Shown: positions 1 through 13,790, numbered from the stretch's first letter. The stretch is DNA of 64,000 nt from Glaucostegus cemiculus (GCA_976551045.1 CDPCPM010000370.1:2232001-2296000), one strand, 5' to 3'. Notes: a model not told the origin generated them from the sequence alone. Numbers and translations are program-made.

Positions 1-1258
1 AACATTCGGATCCATGTTTGCCTGGCTTTGTTCCGATTAACCGAGAATTCAGATAAAAGTAGGAGGTCGTGTTGCAAAATGCTCTGCTCAAAATTCAACA
101 ACGATAACAATCCTATGATAAATTTCATGACGCAGCTCATTATTCTCATGTTAATTCCAACCTCAGGTTTTATCTTCCACAGGTGCGAACTGACCTCGCA
201 TCCAACATGGATTTCCAGCAATCATTTTTTTTTTTTCTGTTTTGCTTTTATACTGGGCATCTTTCTTATCTTTGCAGCCTCAAATGAACGGTACGTTCGT
301 GGATAATTCTCCGAATACCATTGTTAAATACTCATATGAATTTCTTATATAAAAGGGGTATTGCTTCTTCTCCCAGTTCCTGTTATATTTCCTGACCTGT
401 TCTTGATCGCAGTTCGTTTTCAATTGATGCATGCTGTTGGCTTCTGGTGACTAACTTTTTCATTTTTCCTCTCCAGTAAAAGATTTTTAATATCTTTCTC
501 ATTTTCACTTCCAAGCTGAAGAAAGATCCATCTGCAATGAACCTATTTTGCCAGGCGAGGGTCGAGAGGCAATGCACTGACATAATTCATTGAGATGTTA
601 ATTCAAAGGAACCGGTGTTCGATCTTTGCCATGCGATTTGACCAGATTGCTATTGATGGATATTGAGACGGTTTTCTTCCTGTGGGAAAACAAAATTCGG
701 CTCAGCAAAACCAAAAAAAAAATAATTGAAACACAGAATGCTGAGGATTCGTTATGATTTAAATAGTTGGGGGTGGCTGCAATTCCTTCCCTTCTTGATT
801 GTGAACTTCTTTGTACTTTCTCCACATTCAGTGCCCCCTCTGGACCTTGCCTAGTGTCTCGATTCCATCTGGTGACTCTTTTAACTTCAATTTTGTTTTG
901 TCGTCGTTGGGTCTCTTTCTTTAGTTTCTTTTATCCCGTTATTCATCTTGATTGCATTTCTTGCTGTGATGGGAACGCTATTTGTCAGTTGATCTCATCG
1001 ACAAAGCACCCCTTCTGTTCAAGCACTTGAAACTTTCTGTTCTAAATATTATCTATTATTTTATATTCACCGTTACCTGCCTAATTCGGATAATATTGAG
1101 AATGCAAACACAATCTCCATCTATGAATAAATCACGATCAATCCCTGAATCAATTGTCAAAGAAGAAAATTTAGTCCAGCTTCAAAAGTGATGTTAATGC
1201 ATTGTGATGGACTCCCCTGCTAATTATGCACGGATATTTAACTTTGTCCTCTCTACAG

Positions 1259-2166
1259 CTAACTTCGTAACGATTGTGATTCTATCACAAGGAAAAGTTG
1301 GCCTCTCGAAGTGCATCACTCGCTACCTGGTGCTCATGGCGGTGACAGATTTCCTGGTCATCATCACCGCTGTGATACTAAGCCGACTTCGGGCTATTTA
1401 TTTCCCGATGAGCTTCCTGTCCACCACTCCGGCATGCAGTCTCGTTATTGCGCTCAGCTGTGCGTCCAGAGATACTTCGGTCTGGTTAACGGTCGCTTTC
1501 ACCTTCGACCGTTTCGTCGCCATCTGCTGCCAGCAACTGAAGCAACGATATTGCACCGAGAGAACCGCGACTTTCGTCACTGCAATAATTTGCGTGGTGG
1601 GCTGCTTGAAAAACGTACCTTTCTATTTCTTGTACGAGCCTATCACGATTATAAACAACGTGCCCTGGTACTGCAGTATAAAAAATGACTTTTATACTTC
1701 CATTGAATGGAAAATTTATGATTGGTTGGACCGCATTTCAAATCCTTGCCTCCCTTTTCTCCTGATATTTCTGTTTAATATTCTGACCGTCAAGAACATT
1801 TTGGCTGCCAGCAGAGCCCGGAAGAGGCTCCGTGCTGCAAGCAATGGAGAGAAACAGAGAGATCCGGAAATGGAGAGCAGAGTAAAGTCCATCATTTTAC
1901 TCTTCGCAATCTCAGGCAGTTTTCTCCTGTTGTGGTTAACGTATGTTGTGTATTTTCTCTCTGTGCAAATTTCCAGCAAGTTCTACACAGTTGGTTCCAA
2001 TGCGAATAACCCGCAGTTTCTTCTCCAAGAAAGCGGGTACATGCTGCAGCTTCTCAGTTCCTGCACCAACACCTGCATTTATGTCGGAACGCAGAAGAAA
2101 TTCAGAGAACAATTAAAGGGTGCACTTAACCACCCCATTAATCTGTTTAGACCATATTTCAAGTAG
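1259..2166 (+). CDS. Class A GPCR, GPR139/GPR142-like (chondrichthyan-expanded type); main coding exon TM1-TM7, first exon not located
   Basis: ORF 1204-2166 has 7 hydrophobic segments, YLVLMAVTD in TM2, FTFDRFVAIC (DRY variant) and NTCIY (NPxxY variant). A pyrimidine tract plus AG (ttgtcctctctacag, ending 1258) precedes ANFVTIVILSQGKVGLSKCITRYL. The ORF start upstream is probably intronic. AATAAA at 2342-2347. Confidence 0.85.
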
Positions 2167-3779
2167 TCGCGTAACTGAAAGAGAGTCTCAAATCCCAACG
2201 ATAAAGTGGAATATAATGCTAATTTGAAAATGCACTGTGTGCCACCACATGGTTTCAACTTTATTCTGAACTGTAGTCCTGAAAAAAGGGGTCCTGAAAG
2301 AAAGTAGAAAATAGACCAGTGGTTATGAATTTGTGGCGCCAAATAAAATTCACTGTGTCAAAATAGGAACAAGAATTTTTCATTTGAAATCGCGTCTAGA
2401 TCATCTTATAGATCTTTATGTCAGAGATGGATCGATCGCCACCGTTAATTATCTTTGATTCAAATGTTAGATTGGGTCATTTCAAAAGACATCTCACATG
2501 TCACCACACTCTGTTGCCATCTAAATTGATCCAGCAGTTCAGGTTCGACAACAGTCAAGTTAAGGACAAGGGTAGCCCCCAGAAGTCCTTGTCCAAAAAT
2601 CGTAACAGGGTCACGTGCAGCCGGTTAAAGCATTTCTTGTCTTCCACGCATGTGCATTGGTACAGAGCAGGTGATGTAGGTCTCCCTCCCATCTGCGTAT
2701 TCACTGAATTCACCATGTAAAAATGTGACTGGGACCATACTATTCAATATACAGAAAGAACTACAGTAACGTAGCCTTTTTTAAAGTTTATTCCACTTGT
2801 TTAAGTACAGTTATGAAATTAATTCACAAACTTTTGTAGCGATCTCGAAAAATATTTTCTGAAGTGATCTGCCCCGTGAAAATAGAAAGCACAGAAATAT
2901 AATTTGCATTTTGAAAATTTTATGCACTTTCAATGCTAGAACCATATCTTTAACTCACATGTACCTCTCCCACCAACTCTGACTCTGAAGGCAACAGACT
3001 GGAACCACGCTTAGCAATATAGGTCAGAGATTCTGACTGCTGTTCCTTGCAAGTTCCTCGCCACCAAACCCCATTCTATGATGCGGGTGAATCAGATACA
3101 TCACAAGTGATTAACCCAAACTCTTCTTTTTTTATTGTTCTTCCGTGCCCATTCTGTTCCTTGGAAGTCCATGCCTCCAACTAGCCTTCTGTCATCAGAT
3201 TCCGCTAAGTTCTTATTTGCTTCGCCATTAAGTTCCATGAGCTAATAATCATTTGAAATCCCTCCTTCGCCCGTCCATATCTACAGCAGAAGATATGTGA
3301 AAGAGACAGGTTGAAGTGATGTTTTTGGAGTAGACTTGCAAATGGAAAGGGACTGTTTACAAATTCGTCAGCCGACGTCCATCCGTTTCATTTTATTCTG
3401 GTTTCTTATGATATGCTGCAACAGATTTTCTTCATTCAATTTTTAGCCACTAATTCAGCCGCTATTGATACATTTCTGGTAGCAGTGGGGATAGATTAAA
3501 GAGTATGTAAACCGGATATAATTGATGGTGTTAGATTGACAAAACCATGATGACGCGCAGTAAAACCGGAGATCAGACTGTCTGGTTTTTCGTTTCCTCA
3601 ATATCGTGCCCAGTGAAGTCAAATCCAGGTCATGTTAAATCAAAGAAATGACACAGGCGAGCTCTAATTTGACACGGCAGACAATGGAAAGACAGTAGTT
3701 TAACTGCAGTATGAAATGAACAGAGATTGATTCAAGGATGGACTTCACTTCGTGGTTACAGACCAAACATCTGCGGAAC

Positions 3780-4350
3780 TACCCATGGGCACTCGGCCTC
3801 CTCCACTGCCAGAGTCAGGGCAAACACAAAGTAGAGGATAAGCATTTCATTTTCCGCTTAGGAAGTCCACAGCCCAACGGCATAAACATTGAATTATCCG
3901 ATTATAGGTAGCCCGTGCACCCTGTCCTTTCTCACTCCTTTTAATCCACAAAGATCCTCCAGCAAACCATCTTTCTATCAACCACCCTCGCCCCCTGCTA
4001 CTCAGTTTCCTTCCCCTCATCCACTTAATTTTATCTGTCTATCACCCACACACAACTCACCTGGTCGTTCTTAATTTTCCTATTTCATCACATTCCATAA
4101 TCTCTAACCTTTTGCTGTTTCCGTTGTTTACATCCTAGTCTCAGTCGTTGTCTACACCCCTCCCTTCCCTATCTGCTCATCCAACCCTTCTTCATCCCAC
4201 GCCAGCTTCTTCCTCCTCTGCTCCTTAACACTTTATGCTGCGACCTCCCCTCCAGACTCTCATACCTGACACGGAATCTCGACCCGAAACATCACAAGCC
4301 TCTTTGCCTACACAGATGTTGCTTGACTGGCTGAATTATTCCAACAGTTT
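3780..4350 (+). mobile_element. Degenerate Penelope-like element 3' fragment
   Basis: 3790-3900 translates to LGLLHCQSQGKHKVEDKHFIFRLGSPQPNGINIE, resembling the C-terminus of a Penelope GIY-YIG ORF. A CT-rich tract and a ctga...cccgaaac...cacagatgttgcttgac tail follow. Confidence 0.6.
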
Positions 4351-4359
4351 AATGTTTGG

Positions 4360-7300
4360 AAAGGACAGTGACGTTCTTCTCCTGCGTGATATGGAATATC
4401 AGGGATAAGAAAAAGGAGCTGGCGTTGTTGCCCGCAGGCTCATCCGTGATGCAGAGATCATCATAGTTTTGAGGAGGTGGCTACAGTTACGGCACAGGCA
4501 GCAGGTAGCTGTGTGATCAACAAGAAAGGCAAGGCGAGTAGAGGACAGTGCAGGATTCCCCAGCAGCCATTCTCCTCATCAATGGATATACCTCTGTGTG
4601 TACTGCTATGGCGATAACTTCACAGGAGGTGGCAGCAGCAATTACGTCTGTGGCACAATGAGTGTCTCTGCTGCTCAGCGGGAAAGAGTGAAATCATACA
4701 AAGCGATAGTGATAAGTGACTCGCCAGTGAGGAGGACAGAAGTGATTCCGAGGCCGCACAAGATGTGTTCCCTCCCGGGGACAGGGTTCAGAACGTTTGA
4801 GTTGTTGCAGAACGTTCTCAAGAGGAAGGACGAACATACAGAGGTCATTGTACACATTTATACAAAAATGCTGGCTTAAACTGCATTTATTTTAATGCAG
4901 GAGCTTAAGGGGCAAGGCGGGTTAATTGAGGGCATGGGTTGTTTCTGGGGACTGGGATGTTATTGCCACAAGAGAATCGTGACTACAGAAACTCGGAGCT
5001 GGCAATTCAATGTTCCGGGACGCAGATGCTACAGGCGTGACATAGGGAAAGGTAAGAGAGGAGGGGGCTGCCTTTTTGATGAAGAGGTACATAACAACAG
5101 GGAAAATATTCACGGTAGATGACCCAGTGAGGCCATGTGGGTATAGTTTGGAAACAGGAAGAGAATGGTCACAGTAATGGCGCGATATTGTAGCCCCCTC
5201 CCCAACAGTCAGAGGAAATTAGAGGACGAGAAGTGAGAAGAGATTGCTGATACTTGTAAGAACAATAGAGTTGTATCAATGGGAGAACTTAATTTCCTTC
5301 ATAATGGCGGGGCCATTCGTCGAGCAAAGGGATTGAACGGATTGGAATTTGTCAAATGTGCCCAAGAAGCTTTCCGTAATTTATATGTAGAGGACCCTGC
5401 TGGAGTGGGCGCAACAGTAGACCTCGTCTTAAGGAATAAGCAAGACAAGTGACTGAAGTGTCGGTGACTGAGCACTTTGTGTCCAGTAACCATAATTATA
5501 TTACTTTGAAAATAGTTATGGAGAAATTTAAGACGGGTCCAGTGGCTTGGGTTACAATCTGGTCTGGGCCTATTTTGGAGGCTTTCGGCAGGATCTTATA
5601 GAATGAGACTGGGTGAGATCATTTATTGATAGAGAAAGAACTGGTGAGTGGGAGGCTTTGAAAAGACATGGGCCAGCACGTTCCTGCTGAGGTGAAAGGC
5701 AAGGCTGTCACGTTTATGGAACCGAAGACGAAAAGAGACATCAAGGCTCTGTGGAGGAAAATGAAGCAGGCTTTCACTGGGTTGAGTCAATCTGGAACAG
5801 GCGATTCACTCTATGACTATAAGGTGCAGAAGTACACTTAAGAGGGTAATCAGGAGGCAAAAAGAAGAGAGAAGATGGCAGGCAGGATTAATGAAAATTC
5901 CAAGATGTTTTACAGATATATTATGAGCCAAAGGGTGGATAAGGAGAACATAGATGGCCAAAACGATCAGTATGACGTGTATGTTAGAGCCACAGAAGAT
6001 GGGCGAGATTTTCATATTTTTTTCTCATCAGGATTTTACTGTGGAAAAAAAATGGATGCGAAAGAAATGAAGGAAATGTGTGAAGATGTCTTGGGCCACA
6101 GACATTTAACAGGGAGGAGGAATTGACGGTCTTAATCTGCAGTTCGGAGGATAAATCCCCAGGCCCTGACCGACTGAACCCTCGGACGCTTTGAGAAGGT
6201 ATGGAAGAAACTGTGGAAGCCCTTGCAGAGATATGTACCTTATCGTTAGCCACAGATGACGTAGCAGAATACGGTAGAATGGCGAATGTTGCAGCATTGT
6301 TTAAGAAGGGCAGCAAAACAAGCCAGGCAACCTCAGGCCGGTAAATCTGACATCAATGGTGTATAAGTTACTGTAGGGGACTCTGAGGGTCAGGATCTGT
6401 CAACATTTGCATCGGCAAAGTCGTATGAGGAATAGTCCACACGGCTTTTTGTGTCTGAAATCTTGTCAGTCCATTTGTCTGGAGTGTTTTGAAGAGGTAA
6501 CCAAGAGCATAGATGAGGTTACGAAGTGGGCATAGTCTATATGGACTTCAGCAAGGTTGCTAACAGGATCGCGCATGGCAAGCTAGTCTAGAAGCTCAGA
6601 TCGCATGGGATCCAGGGAACGATAGGTAATTTGATTCATAATTTGCTCGATAGTCAGGAAAGATGGTTGATGCTGGGACCTTGCTTCTTCGTTGTTTCTG
6701 TAAACGATTAGAATGTAGATGGTTAGTCAGTTTGCGAATGATACTTAAATACGTGATATCATAGACAGTAAAGGAGGTTATCAAATATTACTGGGGAATC
6801 GTAATTAGCTGAGGTAAGTGGGCCAAGGATTGGCATATGACAAATGGTTTTCAATTCAGATAAATGCCAAATGTTGCATTTTGCATGTAAAACCAAGTTA
6901 AGAGTTGCACATTAAATGGCCTGGCCCTTGGGAGTTCAGTGGAGCAGGGCTACCTAGATCCATAAGTTCATAGATCGCTGAATGCGATATCACAGGGAGC
7001 CAAAGTGATGAAGGAGATCTTTGGCTGGTTGTCATTCATCAGTCAGACACTGGGTTTATCAGTTGGGATGTCATCTGGCAGTTGTACAAGACGTCAGTAT
7101 TTTGTAAATTTTTAATCGCAATCTCATACGAAATACGTCTTTAAATAGGAAGTGCATAGAACATTTACAAGGGTGCTGCCAGAAGTGTAGGACCCGAGAT
7201 ACTGAATTATGAGAGACAGAGAGAGGGATAACGAAAACAGGCTTTTCCCCAAGTAAGGGAGACGAACATTAGAGGACAGAGACTTAGGATGAGAGATGGA

Positions 7301-7530
7301 AGATTATTTGAAAGGAACTGGATTGGGCAACTTCTTCATGTCGATGGTAATGCATATGAGCAATAAATTGTCAAAGAATGTGGATGAGGCAGATACATTA
7401 AAATATTCAAAAGGAATTTGGATAAGGGCATGAGTAGGAGGAGTTTCAGTCGATATGTGCCAACCGCAGGCAAATAGGAGCTTGGTAGGACCTTGGTCGG
7501 CGTAGAAAAGCTGAGCAGAAGAGCATGCTT
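4360..7530 (+). mobile_element. Decayed CR1-type LINE (ORF1 esterase remnant + ORF2 endonuclease/RT remnant)
   Basis: AIVISDSPVR...CSLPG...EVIVHI (SGNH-like ORF1) at about 4700-4860. RT remnants: DKSPGPD at about 6150, RPVNLTS at about 6335, HGF at about 6440, YMDFSK at about 6540. CR1-like 3' end. Many stops and frameshifts. Confidence 0.8.
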
Positions 7531-7740
7531 CCGTGCGACGTCACGTTTTTTACCTGCAAATCTGTGACTCGATACAGTGTGGATTATCAATTTTTAAAAA
7601 TCTTTACCCACACGCTATGCCTCCCCCTCTCGATGTATATCTGTCTGTCGCTCGCACTCACTCACAGATACGCTCATGTTCTCGCTCTCTATCTCACTCT
7701 GACTCTCTCTGCATCTCTCTCACTCTGCCTCTTCTTCTCG

Positions 7741-7850
7741 CTCACGCACGCGCATACACACACACACGCGCACACACACACATGCTCTCTCTCTCTCTCT
7801 CTCTCTCTCGCTCGCTCGCTCGCTCGCTCTCTCTCTCTCTCGCACTCTCT
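7741..7850. repeat. Compound microsatellite (CA)n/(CT)n/(CTCG)n
   Basis: Directly visible. Confidence 0.95.
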
Positions 7851-8599
7851 GTCGCCCTTTCAGTTTCTTTCAATTTTTCAAGACAGGAATTACAGAAATG
7901 AAAAAGTCTTCATTGTTTATGGAAAGGGAATAACAGCTAATGAATTCAAAACACAACCAAAACAACTATTTACATGTAACCGTCCCGCATTAATCAAAGA
8001 GTTAGAGATACGTTATTTTTCGGGATGCAACTGTCAGTTCGCTTCAGAGATATAGTTTGAAAATTGACGTGACAAATATGTTCATTCATACTTAAACTAA
8101 TTTATATAACAATAAAATACAATGAAACTTTAAGGCCATCGAACTATGTCATTGACAATGGGACATTGCGATTCTGTAGCATTGTAACGACACAGGGGAT
8201 GGTCTTAAATAAATGTTCATGTTAATCTACCAAAATTAAAATTGTTCCATTTGGCCTTCCAGAAGAATCGCTTTAAGGACAGTTCGCAGCAACGGAACGC
8301 TTCCGTAACCAGGGCTCTGCCTGTGCTGCCATAATATTTCTCATTCTCGCCATCTCTTTCTTTAATTTTGTTACTGCAACTCGTGTTATCCATTTGTGTT
8401 TATCGTTTAAATACAACTTTTAGCGTTTCATGTGACGTAAACGCTGCTCTTTCTTCCACAGATGCAGCCTGACGAACTGAGAATTTCCAACAGTTTTCTC
8501 TGCTGCTTTATTGCATGTTTCCTGAATCTGCAAAGGGGTTGCGTCCGTTCCTGTTGTTATCTCTCTCTTTATCTCTATCTTCTCTTTCCATCTCCATCT

Positions 8600-8827
8600 G
8601 AGATGGTCTATGACCTCACGATCTACCTTGTGGTGACCTTGCACCTTATCGCTCTGCACTTTCTCTATTGCTGTATACCTTTTTCTGTACTGTTTTAGTT
8701 TTAACTGTCCTACATCAAGGCACTGTGTACTAACTCAATGTAACTGCATTGTGTAATGAATTGACCTGTACGATCGGTTTGTAAGACAAGCTTTTCATTG
8801 TACCTCGGTACAAGAGAAAATAATAAA
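8600..8827 (+). mobile_element. 3' tail fragment of Rex1/Babar-like LINE
   Basis: Similar to the tail of the element at 12460-12700 (gagatgg..tatgacctcacgatctaccttgt...). Confidence 0.7.
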
Positions 8828-8968
8828 NNNNNNNNNNNNNNNNNNNNNNNNNNNNNNNNNNNNNNNNNNNNNNNNNNNNNNNNNNNNNNNNNNNNNNNNN
8901 NNNNNNNNNNNNNNNNNNNNNNNNNNNNNNNNNNNNNNNNNNNNNNNNNNNNNNNNNNNNNNNNNNNN
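8828..8968. other. Assembly gap (N run); others at 14343-14471 and 55149-55283
   Basis: Runs of N. Confidence 1.
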
Positions 8969-9539
8969 CTTATGCTCTGATTTCCTACTGCTCTTTTAAA
9001 TATAACCCTCTTTCTGTATCCGATGAACACACTCATGTGTCCATATAGCACGATTCAAATGGGGACTGAGCACCAGAGTAATTTCGTACCTAATACATAA
9101 GCTGCGTTTCGACGTGGTTGTGAGAATAGCTACTGTCTAAAAGACACGAATAACCAGTAAGCAGACTTCAGCAGGCAGTCAGGGTGCTCTTCAGAACAAC
9201 ACCTAAAAATGTATTGACCCCGTTCTCAAAGTCTCTTGATGTTGTGATGTTTTCGGCCTTCGGTTACAGTTCCGAGCTGTCCCCGTTACAATGACAAGGA
9301 GCGACAGTTTCCCAACCTGGTCTTTCCAATTGCAACGGTTCACCTGAAACAATATCGACTGTGCCCTCCCTGGAATAGGTGGGAAGGAGAAAAGTGGAGG
9401 GTGGGACTTGTTGGAAGGTCGGTTCGCATTGGCTGATATCCATGAAGCCTCGAGAACAAATAATAGAAGAGAGAACGTCTTGACGATCGGCGCCAGTTGG
9501 TTGAGAAGAAAATACACCAGCCCATTCTTGACAGACAAA

Positions 9540-9994
9540 ATGCGAATGCTTGTAGTCTGGATTGTGTGCGGGGCATGCTCGATAGGTGATTTCGCAGCGG
9601 TCAGGTCATCTACATTTTCGAAAGGGGTTTCGACACGGATTGTGAACGCCAACTTGCCTAATCATTTTCTATCCGAAAATATTTTTCAGATTCGATTCAT
9701 GGAAATTCTATCACTCAGACGTTGTTGTCAGTCGTGAAGACAGAAGGAGAGACGGTGACTTTCCTCTGTACCTATGAGACTACAACTAACCACAATTTAC
9801 CCTGGTACCTGCAACAGCCAGGCGGAGCGCCCAGATACATAATGCAGAAATATTACGATGGTAATGAGGATAAAGCCGATTTTGCCAAAATTCGCTTCTC
9901 TGGCCAGCTCCAGCAGCGAAGCAAAATCACCAGTTTAACTATCTCCCCGCTGCAGCTGAGCGACTCTGCAGTTTATTACTGCGTTCTTCAAGTG
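9540..9994 (+). CDS. TRAV/TRDV: TCR alpha/delta-type V segment A1, apparently functional (leader 9540-9585, V exon 9690-9994)
   Basis: Leader MRMLVVWIVCGACSI, GT donor at 9586, tttttcAG acceptor, phase-1 intron. In-frame V: DSIHGNSITQ...FLC...WYLQQPG...RFSG...DSAVYYCVLQV, followed by an RSS. Confidence 0.92.
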
Positions 9995-10033
9995 CACCGT
10001 GATGCAAACCAGTTAAACCCTCGTACAAAAATT
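9995..10033 (+). other. 23-RSS of V A1
   Basis: CACCGTG - 23 nt - ACAAAAATT. Confidence 0.92.
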
Positions 10034-10629
10034 CAGGCTTCTGTGTAGATCTCCATTTCACCCGCGGCAACTGGAGAAGTCTGCACACTGCGTGCCGTTT
10101 GTGGTTTCCCGTCACACTGAGAAATTCGTTCCGATTCTTTCAGTTTCCCTTGTCCTCGATCTATGCAGATTAAGCTGTGGCTTTACCTTCACTTCCTGGG
10201 AAATGCCTTTCCAATGTCTGTCATTATATTCCTCACCTCTGCTCTATCCTGTGTCATTTTTGGATATATCTGAATGTTTACATCGGAAGACATCAGGGAA
10301 ACATCATTAATAAATGATGGCAATGCAATCATTTAAGAAGCACTTTGACAGGTACATGGAGGGGATGATCGCAGAGGGATACAGCACGAACTCGAGATAT
10401 TAGAACTAGCTGGGTGAGATCTTTAGTTGGCACGGACAGGTTGGGCCGGGGCCTGACTGACTCTATGACCCTATCAGCTTGGCGCCGCAGGCCACGAGTC
10501 GTCACTGGTCTCTTTCTGATTGAATTTATAGACGGAGCTCCAGCTTCCAGAGTTGTGTTCATTTTCCAAGCAATTGCCATCGCCAATTATTGAGTTGGAG
10601 CATTTTGAATTTCCAACAATAAATGAGTC

Positions 10630-12705
10630 GAAATACCGAGGCTGAGACCACACTGTACGATGGAAACAGAGTCGTGCAGTGCTGCTCGGAGGATGTAGAT
10701 GAGTTCCGACGTGACTGCTTTGAGACAGTGGACTGGTCCATGTTCATCTGCTAGCCTTGTTGCGTGTGCCACCACCATCATGGACTTCATCAGCAAATGT
10801 GTGGAGGACTGTAGACCAATGAAGAAAACAGGAAAAATACAGGAGACCATTGATGAATCGGGAGATCCACTCCCTGCTGAAGGAGAGGACTGCTGCACAC
10901 AAATGGGTGATCCTGATCTGCACATGAAATCGAGGCATATCCTTCGAAAAACTATCAGGGATGCCAAGAGGCATTACCAACTCAAAATAGAGTCCCTGAA
11001 CAGCCGCCAGTTATGGCAGGGCTTACATGCCATAACAAGTTACAAAGCGTAGTCGGGTTGCATTGCTAACAATAGCGTATTCCTTCCTGCTGAACAACGT
11101 ATTCTATGCGCGTTTTGAACAAAAAGGAAATGAATTGTCACCATGCACGCTGACAGCCACGAACGCAGCTGAACCTGTGATCACAGTGGAAGACATAAGA
11201 TCAGTCATCCGGAGAGTGAATACGAGGAATGCATCTGGTCCAGGTGGTGTCACGGCCGCGTGCTCAGATCTTTGGCTGACCAGCTAGCAGAAGTATTTGA
11301 AGACATATTCAATTTCTACCGGTTCAATTTCAAGTTCCCTTCTGTTTTAAGAAGACGACTGTCATCCCGGTACCAAATAAAAACAAGGTAACATGCCTCA
11401 ATGACTACCGACCAGTGGCTCTGACATCCACCATAATGGTCGGTCATGGCACGCATCAGCTCCTGCCTACTAAACAACCTAGACCCATTGCAATTCGCCT
11501 ATCGGCGAAACAAGTCTATAGCATACGCAATCTCCTTGGCCCTACACTCAGCTCTGGAGAATATGGACAATGACACATAGGTCAGATTATTGTTTATTGA
11601 CGACAGCTCTGACTTTAATACAGTAATTCCAAGCAAGCTTCGAGACCTCGGTCTCAACACCTCCATCTGTAACTGGATCCTTGACTTTCTATCAAACAGA
11701 GCTCAGTCACTGAGGATTGGCTGCGTCCTCAGCCCTCTACTCTACTGTGGCAAGATTCTTCTCTATATTAATCTACAAGTTTGCAGATGATACCATCGTT
11801 GTGGGCCGTATCTCAAACAGCGATGAGTCGGAGTACAGGAAGGAGATAGAGAGCTTAGTGGAATGGTGTCATGACAACAGCCTTTCCCTCAATGTCAACA
11901 AAACTAAAGAGCTGGTCATTAACTTCAGGAAAGAGGGTGGTATACATGCACCTGTCTACAACAGTGCTGCTGAGGTCGAGAGGCTTTAGAGCTTCAAGTT
12001 CCTGGGAGTGAACATCGCCAACACCCTATCCTGGTCAAATTACGAAGATACCACGGCAAAGGAAGCTCACCAGCGCCGATACTTCCCAAGCAGGTGAAAA
12101 AGAATTGGTTTGTCCCCTTCGGCTCCCACCAACTTTTACTGATGCACCATAGTAAGCCTCCAATCTGGATGTAGCATGGCTTGGTACTGCATCTGCTCTG
12201 AGCAAGACTGCAAGAAACTAAAGAGAGTGGTGGACACAGCCCAGAGCATCACGGACACCAGCCTCCCCACCATGGACTCGGTCTTTACCTCTCGTTGTCT
12301 TGATGTAGAAGCAAGCACAATCAAAAACACCACCCACCCGGTACATTCTCTCTTCTCCCACCGGATAGAAGATACAGGAGCCCGAGGGCACTTACCACCA
12401 GACTTATGTACAGCTCCTGCCCGACTATGATAAGACTATTGAAAGGTTCCCCTATGCAATGAGATGGACTATGACATCACGATCTACCTTGTTGTGACCG
12501 GCACCTTACTGCACTACACTTTCTCTCTAGCTGTGACACTTTACTCTGTACTGTTACAGTGTTTTTTACGTGTACTACATCATTGCTCTCTGTGCTATCT
12601 CATTGTAACTGCAATGTGTAATGAATTGTACGATCTGCTTGTGATATCTGCTTTGCACTGTACCTCGGTAGAAGTGAGACCAATCAACCAATACCAATAC
12701 CAGCA
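10630..12705 (+). mobile_element. Decayed, 5'-truncated Rex1/Babar-like non-LTR retrotransposon
   Basis: [68 protein letters not shown]. Ends in an (ACCAAT)n tail. Frameshifted. Confidence 0.8.
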
Positions 12706-13519
12706 CCAAGCTGTGCCCTACAAATCAGTCACCTATAAAATGGAGGCATCATTCAATGGAATAATATGAGGTATGAATTGTGACAAGTTAATTCAGTTGA
12801 AAAGAGAAGTGTAGAACAGGCGGCCTATGGCATGGGTGAAATTATTTAACAGTCTCATCACGAAATTTCTTTATTTGCATCTGGGATCATGTACAGGAAG
12901 CGCAGGTGCGTCGCGGTGTGTGACGGTTCCGAGCTCTGCGGGAACAGCTGGTTTTGTCCTCTCTCGATTTTACATTCTCGAATTCCGAATATTCCCAGAG
13001 CAACTTCCCTTTTCTGCAGCATCCATCCTCTAACTGCTTTCCCCTCCCATTAAGGTTTCCACACTGCGCGGCGTCAAGTTGTCTGAAGAGTCGTCCACCA
13101 CCAAAAGGATAAAATGAGGTTCCGCGTGACAAAACGTGAGTGCTGTTCAGAGACTGATATTCCTCAGTAGCGCTTGGCGCCAACTCCATCGCCGACTGCT
13201 TGATAGAGGCTGGAAATAAAGTACGAGAAGCGAGCAACTGTGGGCGCCATGTCGCAGTAAAAAAAATGTACCTTGAAACAATTGTAAGAACCCACATGAT
13301 ATCGGCCTGTTTGGTCACGAATCGCCGAGTAGAGAGGTTTGCACAGTGAAAGCATGGGCGTTTCCCATAGATCTGCTGCCTTTCACTGATGTTCAATGTA
13401 ATTAACACCTGAACTGCTATCAACGTGTGAAGCCACTTTTAGGGAGATATGGACTTAGAAACCAGATCCCTGTGGACATTAACGCTGTTTTGATTCTTGC
13501 GACTGACAGTGTACTGTCT

Positions 13520-13790
13520 CTTTACATCTGATATCCCAATGTGAAAAACCTCACATTTTGTCAGCTCAAATTCCATCTTCCTTTTCTCTGCCTATATCTG
13601 CAACTGACCTACATCCCGCTGCCTCGTTTATGAGTCTTCTACGCTAACCACAAGAGCACCAATCTTGTGCATCGTCTGCAAATTTACGAATTCAGCCAGA
13701 ATAAGTCACATCGACCACGGCCCTCTATCTTCCATGGGCAAGTCAAATCTGAGAGAGGAAGATACCTGAAATTTGCTTCGGACCCTCAAG
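13520..13790 (-). mobile_element. CR1 RT fragment (paralogous, longer copy at about 17990-18330)
   Basis: Minus strand KFADD motif. The second copy also shows GVPQVSVLG. Confidence 0.65.

Noticed and set aside
1204-1258. ORF-track start (GTG/ATG) as the GPCR N-terminus
   Set aside because: It precedes a good splice acceptor and would leave a truncated TM1; more likely intron read-through.
7525-8055. 176-aa ORF and similar short ORFs (33735-34079, 63088-63579)
   Set aside because: Microsatellite-driven or random frames with no recognisable domain.
12873-12880. Ig octamer ATTTGCAT (also near 2902)
   Set aside because: More than 2 kb from any leader and not conserved in paralogous cassettes; expected by chance.
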